Virus record (IMG/VR): IMGVR_UViG_3300047160_009708
DNA from: an uncultured virus (IMG/VR IMGVR_UViG_3300047160_009708)
Lineage: Duplodnaviria > Heunggongvirae > Uroviricota > Caudoviricetes
Length of the DNA: 64,000 nt
Strand: one strand, 5' to 3'
Shown here: positions 9,116-16,405 of the stretch, piece after piece
Position numbering within the stretch: position 1 is the first letter of the stretch
Layout of the letters: every line of letters starts with the position of its first letter
The notes under the pieces: generated by a model
Seen by the model: only the letters and a program-made list of their open reading frames with translations
Database searches by the model: none
Told to the model about the DNA's origin: nothing
Translations under genes and position numbers: made by a program

Positions 9116-9795
9116 AGCAGGCTGGCGCGGCTGTACGCTGAGTATATCTCAGGCAGCCCCAGTTGGCGAGCGATCCGAAATTCCGGGTCGGGCTGGCCTC
9201 GTGGAGCGCGGTGCTCGCTGGCGATGCCCGGCGTGCCCGGCATGCCCTTGCAACTGACATGAAAGCCGACCTCGCGATAGAGGATCGTGCCGCCACACCA
9301 CTCGCGCCAGAGCATCAGATCCATCGACGGACTGCCGCGCCGCGCGATCGCCGCGAGCACGGGGACAACCTCGCTCCGCAGTGCTGTTTGTCCCAGGCTG
9401 GCATGACTGGGATTCGCATACGCGCGCAAGGTTCTGAATCGCACATTAAGGAAGAGCGCCGGCACATTACCCACGAGCGGTGCTTGATCAAGTAGCGCGT
9501 CCATAACGTCCACGTAGTCTGGTGAATACCAATCATCATCCTCACAGATGATGATTTTATCACCTACTATGTGCGGTAAGGCAGCCAGGATATTGAGGCA
9601 ATAACTGTGCAGTCGCTCGCCGTGTTGCTGGTGTCGCCACACAATATCCTGACCGTGCGTGAACGAGTAGCCTCGGAAGTCTTCGCCGACGACTAACCAT
9701 TGCCAGGGCTCGTCGTACGTCTGAAGCTCAATCCAGCGTTCCAAGAGCGCGAAGGCTTCAGGGCGTCCCGTTGAGGCGGTCAGGATTGACAGAAT
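9103..9795 (-). CDS. Glycosyltransferase, GT-A/GT2-like
   Basis: LSILTASTGRPEAF, WLVVGED, IIICEDDDWYSPDYV (DxD), HASLGQTA; the frame opens at ATT 9795. Confidence 0.8.
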   Translation of the reverse strand: MLSILTASTGRPEAFALLERWIELQTYDEPWQWLVVGEDFRGYSFTHGQDIVWRHQQHGERLHSYCLNILAALPHIVGDKIIICEDDDWYSPDYVDVMDALLDQAPLVGNVPALFLNVRFRTLRAYANPSHASLGQTALRSEVVPVLAAIARRGSPSMDLMLWREWCGGTILYREVGFHVSCKGMPGTPGIASEHRAPRGQPDPEFRIARQLGLPEIYSAYSRASLLCRG

Positions 9796-9890
9796 GGCTC
9801 ACAGCTCCGATAATGCGGACCAACGCGAAGGTTCAGGGCCTCCGCGCGGTCCGACTCGCCACATCACCCGTCTTGTGCGAGACGCGCGTC

Positions 9891-10436
9891 ATGACTATTC
9901 CAAATCCTACCACAACCATTGAATACCGTGAGCTATCATGGGCGCCAGGATACTGCGTTGGTGCCGATGGATCGGTTTGGACACGAAAGAACAGTCGATG
10001 GGGGCTATCAAGTCAATGGAAGAAATTACGACCACACGTTTCGGCTAAAGGTCGTTATGGACGCGTCATTCTCATGATCGATAAAACCCAGACCGGTTGT
10101 CTGGTTCACCGCTTGATCCTTGAGGCGTTTCGAGGTCCGTGCCCAAAAGGAATGGAAGCCTGTCACAACGACGGCGATTCAACAAACAACGTGATCAATA
10201 ATTTGCGATGGGATACAACCAAGAACAATCATCTAGATAAGCAACGGCATGGCACCAGTTACCAAGGCGAGCGAAATCACTTCGCAAAACTTACGGTTAA
10301 ACAGGTAAAGAAAATTCGTCGCGTGCACGCGGCAGGCAAAACTAGCTCCAGGAAACTTGCGCAACAATTTAATATAAGCGATTCAAGTATTAGACACATT
10401 ATTAAACGTGATTCATGGAATCACGTTGCTGATTGA
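9891..10436 (+). CDS. HNH homing endonuclease (NUMOD4-like N-terminus, HNH, C-terminal HTH)
   Basis: GYCVGADGSV, VHRLILEAF.GPCP, CHNDGDSTNNVINNLRWDT..NN; lower GC; antisense to its neighbours. Confidence 0.9.
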   Translation: MTIPNPTTTIEYRELSWAPGYCVGADGSVWTRKNSRWGLSSQWKKLRPHVSAKGRYGRVILMIDKTQTGCLVHRLILEAFRGPCPKGMEACHNDGDSTNNVINNLRWDTTKNNHLDKQRHGTSYQGERNHFAKLTVKQVKKIRRVHAAGKTSSRKLAQQFNISDSSIRHIIKRDSWNHVAD

Positions 10437-11197
10437 GCCGGATGTGCCGCCCTCCACCGCGCCACGAACGCGTCGTACTGCGCCCGCACATCCACCGGCT
10501 CGTGAGCTTCCTTAACGCACACACAAGCAATGTCGCAACCCTCGCGTTCCATGCGGCGCTGCTCCAACCGTTCTCGCAGTTCCGACCACGGGCGCGGCGC
10601 TTCGGCGAGGTGAAGCAAAACGTCTCGATGGTATGCGTAAATTCCAACGTGTCGAAACGCTGTTGTGACTAACATAAACATATACGGCTGCATATCATAA
10701 TCAGTACGCGAGAACGAGCGTGCGACTCCCCAGCGGATCTTGTCCTTCGGATTGCCGAACATTTGCGCCCTCAATTTGACGATGTTCGGATCTTTTTTCT
10801 GCTTCGGCTTGATGTTAGTGCAGACCGTGGCAACGTCGTAGTTATAGTATTTGAGCCGATCGACCAAGAGATCAATATGTTCTGGATTGACCTCTGGCTG
10901 ATCAGCCTGGATATTGACAACGATGTCAAAGTCATTAAGATCGCGCGCGACCTCGGCACAGCGGTCCATCCCAGTCGGATGATTGCCGGTGATCCAGGGT
11001 GTCGCGCCAAACGCTTCGCATGCCGCGCGAAGCTCGTCATTCTCGGCGAACGCGATCACGAGCTTGTCAATTTTCTTCGCCTGCTTGGCCTGCTCCCAAA
11101 CGTGGCGAACGACTGGCCAGCCCGTCTCCGCGAGCAGTACCTTGCCCGGCAGCCGCTTCGAGCCCATACGCAGAGGGATGATGCCCAGAACCGCCAT
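10421..11197 (-). CDS. kdsB: CMP-Kdo synthetase-like cytidylyltransferase
   Basis: IIPLRMGSKRLPGKVL, TGMDRCAEV, IVVNIQADQP, DPNIVK, FRHVGIYAY and ERLEQRR match KdsB motifs. Confidence 0.85.
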   Translation of the reverse strand: MAVLGIIPLRMGSKRLPGKVLLAETGWPVVRHVWEQAKQAKKIDKLVIAFAENDELRAACEAFGATPWITGNHPTGMDRCAEVARDLNDFDIVVNIQADQPEVNPEHIDLLVDRLKYYNYDVATVCTNIKPKQKKDPNIVKLRAQMFGNPKDKIRWGVARSFSRTDYDMQPYMFMLVTTAFRHVGIYAYHRDVLLHLAEAPRPWSELRERLEQRRMEREGCDIACVCVKEAHEPVDVRAQYDAFVARWRAAHPAQSAT

Positions 11198-11206
11198 CGG
11201 TGTCCC

Positions 11207-11434
11207 CTAAAGCAACGGCGGCTTGTCGCGCCACGTGCCGTCGTGCTCGTGCGGCGTCAGCGGCGAGCAGACCGGATAGCGCGCCACGATGTGCATCGAA
11301 GCCACGTTGGCCACGTGCGTGCCGTTTTCGACAATCGGATCGCACCGGAACGTCGTGACCGCCTTGATGTCCATCGCGACGCCCTTGTAGGTGACGCTGA
11401 TCTCGTGCGGCGCGATGCCACGTTCGGAATACAT
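11207..11434 (-). CDS. Hypothetical protein
   Basis: 75-aa ORF with GAGGAG RBS. Confidence 0.5.
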   Translation of the reverse strand: MYSERGIAPHEISVTYKGVAMDIKAVTTFRCDPIVENGTHVANVASMHIVARYPVCSPLTPHEHDGTWRDKPPLL

Positions 11435-11517
11435 CAGTGGTTGCTCCTCAACGATGTACGGGTTATGCTATAAAGCGCGCGCGAATGGCTGCCCAAAGTC
11501 AAGAGGCAAGAATCGGA

Positions 11518-11760
11518 ATGGTAAACCACCCGCTGCCGTGGCATTTTACCGTCGGCGAGCATGGAATCGCCACCATCTGGGATGGATCAAGGCCGGTGGC
11601 ACACGCGGTCGCCATGATGTCGGACGCCGACGCCCATGACGCCCAAGCGATCTGTGAGGCAATCAACACATGTGGATTAACCCCAAGTACGCCCAAGAGC
11701 GAGAGCCCGAGCGTCCCCGTGAATCGCCTGTCGAGCAGGGGAAGTGCATTGCTGCCATGA
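11518..11760 (+). CDS. Hypothetical protein
   Basis: MVNHPLPWHF...AQAICEAINT, downstream of a TGcTATAAA extended -10 at 11466. Confidence 0.5.
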   Translation: MVNHPLPWHFTVGEHGIATIWDGSRPVAHAVAMMSDADAHDAQAICEAINTCGLTPSTPKSESPSVPVNRLSSRGSALLP

Positions 11761-11978
11761 AGCGGCTGGCGGGAAACCCAGGCCAGACTGACAAACAGCT
11801 ACGCGTGACCATCTGTGAATTCAACGGCCACCCCTACATCGGCCTGCGCGTGTGGTTCCAGCGTGACGACAACCAGTGGTTCCCGTCCAAACAAGGGTGT
11901 ACGATCCGCGTCGGCGAAATCGACGACATGATCGCCGCGCTTCAGAAAGCACGCGCGCGACTCGCGCCATCAGAATAA
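11670..11978 (+). CDS. PC4/YdbC-like single-stranded DNA-binding protein (start may be 11757)
   Basis: LRVTICEFNGHPYIGLRVWF....WFPSKQGCTIR..EIDDMIAAL is the PC4-fold signature. Confidence 0.85.
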   Translation: MWINPKYAQEREPERPRESPVEQGKCIAAMKRLAGNPGQTDKQLRVTICEFNGHPYIGLRVWFQRDDNQWFPSKQGCTIRVGEIDDMIAALQKARARLAPSE

Positions 11979-12004
11979 GGTTCTCATACTCAGGGCGTCT
12001 GCGA

Positions 12005-13256
12005 GCCGCAACTCTCGACAAATCGGCATGTGCGCTGGCCGCAACCCCCGGTACATCGCATCGCGGCAAGCCGCGACTCCGTTGAGCCACGTCTATCGAC
12101 AGCCGCAGCCCCTATCGATCACCCGCGAGGTCGATGCCGCGACTCCGTGGTGAGTGTGCCGCCCGGCTACCGTGGCCGTGGCCGCGACCCCTGGCCAACT
12201 GAACGTGTCGTCATGCCGCAGCCCCCCCCCACCTTCATCCCTACCTGACGCCGCGACTCCAGTAGATCGGGCCATCTCTTGCCGCGACTCTTCGATGTTA
12301 GCCCGATTCGCCGCGACTCTCATGCATCCGGTAGCGATCGCCGCAGCTCCAGACCAATCCCTCCCCTGCCGCGACTCCCTTGGGGAAAGGCCGCATCCCC
12401 TGAACGGTTGGATCATCGTTCGCCGCGACTCCATGTGCCGACGGGAGAGTGCGCCGCAACTCCAAGCAATCGATTCTCGGATCGCCGCGCCCTCCTTGAT
12501 TCGCTCGCGCCGCGCCTCCATTGGCAACGTGGTCGCCACAACCGCGACTCACTCGACGAACGATCGGCTGCCGCAGCCCCAAGGGCCAAGCCGAATGCGC
12601 CGCGATTCCTCGGGTTGCCGTGACTCCGCGACTCCGTTCGGACCAGTCGAACCATGCCGCGACCCCACTAGCGCGACGTAGCCGCGACTCCAAGGAAGCC
12701 AAGACATGAGCCGCAACACCTGACACCGACTTGCCGCGACCCTCTTTCTTGTGCCGCAAGCTCTGCGCGGTCGCCGCAACTCCGTAGCCCATAACCGCGC
12801 TTCTCGCTCGCTGCCGCAACGCACCTTGGACTTTGCCGCAAACCCCGCCAGGGCGGGCCGCAACTCCTGGTGGTGTTACTTCGTGCCGCAGCCCTCACTC
12901 ACCGATTTGCAGCAACTACCGCAACTCTATCCGTGGATGGGCGTCTGCCGCAGCCCGAGTTGGCGTCCACCGCGACTCTAAGCAAGCCAAGGCATGAGCC
13001 GCAACACCTGACACCGAACTTACCGCGACTCACTCGACGCTGCACCGATGGATTTGCCGCGACTCTTCGATGTTAGCCCGATTTGCCGCGACTCCAATAA
13101 AGCAGCAATCATGGTTCGCCGCGACTCCATGGGCTTATACTCGTTGCCGCGACTCTGGACACGGTTACCACGACCGCGACTCCGCTGATTCTGCCGCCCG
13201 CGACACCTTGGCCGCAAGCCGCGACCCTGACAGTGCTCCGGGAGAGCCGCAGCCGA
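12005..13256 (+). repeat. Non-coding array of about 45 co-oriented 10-11 bp motifs (GCCGCRRCYCC, most often GCCGCGACTC) with variable spacers
   Basis: Motif starts include 12005, 12038, 12070, 12102, 12136, 12181, 12215, 12250, 12281, 12310, 12340 ... 13056, 13085, 13118, 13146, 13173, 13218, 13246. Confidence 0.92.
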
Positions 13257-13444
13257 CATCGAGATGTCAAGGAGCTAAAGCGGGCCGTCGGCACGAAGCC
13301 GAATATCCACTATTCTTTATCACTTGTTAAAGTGACCGGTGTTCAGCAAGCGGTCGCCGGATGCCTGACCCGGACCGTTCTCGCTCTTGCGTTTAGCGGG
13401 AACGCAGTGGTGGGAGATCCACCTTACGTCGTGATTGTAGCAGT

Positions 13445-13678
13445 TCATTGAACGTGCTTCCAACACTTTCTCGACTGAATATAGCTAACGTAGCCTTGTG
13501 AGGTTCCGTACTTCTTGGCTGTCACACGTTGCCGCTCACAGCCTTTCAGCGCACGGATCTCTAGAATGTTCTCATTTGTGAGCTTTGCATTCCCATTGTC
13601 GCTTCCACGAGCCGTAAGACCCATCCGTGCAGCATGTTGATGGTTCTCAAGAATAGTGACCCACTCAAGGTTACTCAT
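13445..13678 (-). pseudogene. 3' part of an IS-interrupted gene (HNH C-half plus HTH tail)
   Basis: SNLEWVTILENHQHA...GSDNGNAKLT...KCWKHV resembles the tail of the HNH gene at 9891; begins exactly at the IS left end. Confidence 0.7.
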
Positions 13679-13744
13679 CAAATTTCTTCGCGGCGGAAAC
13701 CCCTGCCTTTAGGCATGGGCAGGAGCCGCGCTCCTTCTTGTACG

Positions 13745-13773
13745 TTGACTATAGGATCGAATGTTGCTACAAC
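13745..13773 (+). promoter_or_regulatory. tnpB promoter (TTGACT-17-TACAAC), probably giving a leaderless transcript
   Basis: The -10 box ends 6 nt before ATG 13780, and there is no RBS. Confidence 0.55.
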
Positions 13774-13779
13774 ACTTGC

Positions 13780-14925
13780 ATGAAACTGACGCTCCAGTTG
13801 CAACTGGTCCCCGCCGCCGAACAGAAGGCCGATCTTCTGGCCACGATGAAGCGATTCAACGAGGCCGCATCCTTTGCGGCCAAGGTTGGATTCGAAAACG
13901 GCGTCTTCGGACAGGTCACAATCCATAAACTGGCCTACCATGAGATGCGAGAAAAGTTTGGACTGTCGTCTCAGTTGGTGGTCAGGGCCATCGCCAAGGC
14001 CGTTGAGTGCTTTCAGCGCGACAAGACGAAATGTCCCGTCTTCAAGCCCCGGTCGGCCATCTGCTATGACCAGCGCGTGATGAGTTTCAAGGGACTGACA
14101 ACGGTCAGCTTGTGGGCACTCTCCGGTCGGCTCTTGATGCCGTTTGTCTGCGGTGAATACCAGCGGGCACGACAGAGCCGCATCAAGGGGCAGGCCGATC
14201 TCGTCTATCGGCAAGGCAGGTTCTATCTTCTCTGCACGATCGAGATGCCGGAAGGTGCTCCCATCAAACTGGCCGATGTGCTTGGCGTTGATCTGGGAAT
14301 CGTGAACATCGCCGTGGACTCGACAGGCAAAGTATTCAGCGGCGAGAACGTCGAGAAGGTCCGACGCCACTACGCCAAACGTAGGGCCGGTCTGAACCGT
14401 GTCGGCACCAAGAGTGCCAGGAGAAGACTCTGCAAGACTCGAAAGCGGGAGGCAAACTTCCGCCGCAATGAGAACCACCGGATCAGCAAGCAGATTGTCG
14501 CTAAAGCTAAGGCAACCGATTCCGCGATCGCCATTGAGGATCTCAATGGGATACGGAATCGGGTCACGGTTAAGCAGCCCCAGCGCAATCGACATTCCGG
14601 CTGGTCGTTCTTCCAGTTGCGTTCGTTCTTGACCTACAAGGCGACATTGGTCGGAATCCCGCTGGTCACGGTCGATGCTCGAAATAGCTCGCGGACGTGC
14701 TCCGTCTGCGGGCATTGCGAGAAGGCCAATCGAAAGAGCCAGTCTGAATTCCGATGTCGCCAATGTGGTTATTCCGCGAACGCGGATTTCAACGCGTCCC
14801 GGATTCTCCGGGCCAAGGGTGTTGTCAAGCTGGTCGTGAGACCACGGCAAGCAATTGCCGACCCAATGGTAGGGCTCGTTGACTCCGGGAGCGAAACCCG
14901 GACGAGAGTGCTTACAAGCCCCTAG
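13780..14925 (+). CDS. tnpB: RNA-guided endonuclease TnpB
   Basis: RuvC motifs VLGVDLG / IAIEDL / NADFNA are intact; Zn ribbon CSVCG...CRQCG; start MKLTLQLQL. Confidence 0.95.
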   Translation: MKLTLQLQLVPAAEQKADLLATMKRFNEAASFAAKVGFENGVFGQVTIHKLAYHEMREKFGLSSQLVVRAIAKAVECFQRDKTKCPVFKPRSAICYDQRVMSFKGLTTVSLWALSGRLLMPFVCGEYQRARQSRIKGQADLVYRQGRFYLLCTIEMPEGAPIKLADVLGVDLGIVNIAVDSTGKVFSGENVEKVRRHYAKRRAGLNRVGTKSARRRLCKTRKREANFRRNENHRISKQIVAKAKATDSAIAIEDLNGIRNRVTVKQPQRNRHSGWSFFQLRSFLTYKATLVGIPLVTVDARNSSRTCSVCGHCEKANRKSQSEFRCRQCGYSANADFNASRILRAKGVVKLVVRPRQAIADPMVGLVDSGSETRTRVLTSP

Positions 14926-14967
14926 CTTTAGCTATGGGGTACTTGACGCACGCGCTGCATTGATAGC
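14780..14967 (+). ncRNA. Predicted TnpB omegaRNA (right-end RNA); guide from about 14948; 5' boundary approximate
   Basis: By analogy to characterised TnpB elements, the scaffold overlaps the tnpB 3' end and right-end hairpin and the guide is the flanking DNA. Confidence 0.5.
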
Positions 14968-15067
14968 CGTCCTCGACCTTCTTCCAGCCCTTCTGGAGAC
15001 GCGAACCTTCGGACGTCGCATCACAGCTTGTGCAGTGAATAATTTGCGGAGGTTCTGCTGTACTCAT
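14948..15067 (-). pseudogene. 5' part of the IS-interrupted gene (CxxC...GW...CxxC zinc finger)
   Basis: MSTAEPPQIIHCTSCDATSEGSRLQKGWKKVEDGYQCSAC, exactly 40 codons up to the IS right end. Confidence 0.6.
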
Positions 15068-15094
15068 TGGTTTATACCCCGGCAGTTATAATCG

Positions 15095-16405
15095 TCAGAC
15101 TCCATAATATGTGTTCGACGCGAGGCTATCAAGGGTGTGGGCGAGCGACACGCGCGGGAACGCGTCGAGCCGACTGTTCGGCGTGGCATTGACGACCGTC
15201 AAGCCAGCGGATTCGAGGTACGGGCGCAGGCGTGTGAAGCGGTCGTTAAGGATGCGGTACGCGTCGTTATTACTGCGCACGCCCGCGTCGCCCTTGGTGG
15301 CTGAGTCGGCGTAAGGCTGCTCCTCGTTCATACGGAAATCACAGCCCAACAGGATCAACCTCCTGACGCCGAGAATGTACGCGGCCTTGATCATGGGAAA
15401 CATCACGGACCTTGCTCCAGCCACACCCGCATCGTCAGGTCGTTCCGGGTCCGCCCCTACATTGAACGTGGGTTCGGTCAGGAACATATCGGCGCGGAAT
15501 CGTGCGTTTCGTACGAAGTATGACGTGTTCGCGAACGCGCGTACAGGACCACTTCCAGGCACCTCACCGCGCACCCATTCGTAAGGTATGAGTTTTTGGG
15601 TCGCCAGCGATCGCCAGTGTGAGCCGGGAAAATCTGAGGGGTTATCAATACACATATAGATGTGAGGGTCGCTGTAAATCTCCGTGGCGTTGTTCACGGC
15701 GATCGTTAGTAATCCCGAACGGCGAATCGCTTCGAGATCCATATCCGCAAGCGATGGCCCTCGTCCCAGAAAAATCGCGGTTTGCCCGGCGTACAAGCTG
15801 CCGAAATTCCTTACCAGGAATTGCGCCGAGAGGAAAACGGGCAGCGCTGGCAAACGGGTCGCGCCGTTGAGATCATGTTCGTAGAGTCTAAGGTCGTCCT
15901 CGTCAGGGACCGGTTCAACCACCGAATCCCTGGTCGGCTCCTCGGCCAGCCAGCGCGGCGGATTATCCGGACATTTTTTGATGGCCCAGCGGATCATGGA
16001 GTTCACAGGACAGCCGCACAGACTGCACGCGTCGGCCTGGCGGTTGCGGTAATTGCAGGTGTCGCAGATAGCACGGCGCCGCTGCTGGCCCAGCGCGCTC
16101 GTGACCACAAAACCGGCCCCGGCATGCTTGGCGAAGTCGCGCATGAAGTTGAGCCCGCGCCGGTACAGCGATGGCAGCTTTGGGTCATTCCGCAGCGCTT
16201 CCGCAGCCGCAGCATGTTGCGCCCGCAGCGTCACCGCCTGCTGCGCCCAGCGCGTGAGCGTGAAGCAGCGCTGAGCGCTGGGAAAGTCAGGAATTTCGTT
16301 GCGGCAGAGCTTATACTGGTCGCCCGTCATGGGCCGCTCGAAACGCGGACAGTGCTGCATCTCGGTCGGACAGACACAAGGGTCACCACACGGATCACGA
16401 TTCAT
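15095..16405 (-). CDS. Cys-rich N-terminal domain fused to a DUF115/Maf-like (MptE-like) glycosyltransferase domain
   Basis: RRAICDTC...CSLCGC...KKCP..W, then TAIFLGRGPSL, LTIAVNNA, CIDNP, AAYILGVRRLILLGCDF, VVNATPNSRLDAFP; ATG 16405 overlaps the upstream gene end. Confidence 0.75.
   Translation of the reverse strand: MNRDPCGDPCVCPTEMQHCPRFERPMTGDQYKLCRNEIPDFPSAQRCFTLTRWAQQAVTLRAQHAAAAEALRNDPKLPSLYRRGLNFMRDFAKHAGAGFVVTSALGQQRRRAICDTCNYRNRQADACSLCGCPVNSMIRWAIKKCPDNPPRWLAEEPTRDSVVEPVPDEDDLRLYEHDLNGATRLPALPVFLSAQFLVRNFGSLYAGQTAIFLGRGPSLADMDLEAIRRSGLLTIAVNNATEIYSDPHIYMCIDNPSDFPGSHWRSLATQKLIPYEWVRGEVPGSGPVRAFANTSYFVRNARFRADMFLTEPTFNVGADPERPDDAGVAGARSVMFPMIKAAYILGVRRLILLGCDFRMNEEQPYADSATKGDAGVRSNNDAYRILNDRFTRLRPYLESAGLTVVNATPNSRLDAFPRVSLAHTLDSLASNTYYGV

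Larger units (their letters stand above)
13679..14947 (+). mobile_element. TnpB-only IS200/IS605-family element (IS1341-type, no tnpA)
   Basis: Left-end hairpin CCCTGCC-TTTA-GGCATGGG and right-end hairpin CCCCTAGC-TTTA-GCTATGGGG ending GTACTTGAC; no target duplication; preceded by TCAT. Confidence 0.85.

Noticed and set aside
12005..13256. Array as a CRISPR array serving the nearby TnpB as a Cas12-like effector
   Set aside because: The conserved part is only ~10 bp, degenerate and non-palindromic, and spacing is bimodal. There are no cas genes, and TnpB sits inside its own IS ends, apparently inserted independently.
12005..13256. TIGR-type dual-repeat guide array
   Set aside because: I see only one conserved box per unit, no fixed 36-nt period and no Nop-domain gene in the window.
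12030..13330. ORFs overlapping the array (SRR/AAT/CRDS-rich translations)
   Set aside because: Unit lengths are not multiples of three, so the motif appears in all frames; there is no RBS or coherent protein.
13678..14850. 390-aa minus-strand ORF
   Set aside because: It is the antisense shadow of tnpB.
14948..15067. Zinc-finger fragment as the N-terminus of a second TnpB/Cas12-like gene
   Set aside because: No RuvC sequence follows it, and the same CxxC-GW-CxxC pattern occurs in the unrelated ORF 25000-25569.
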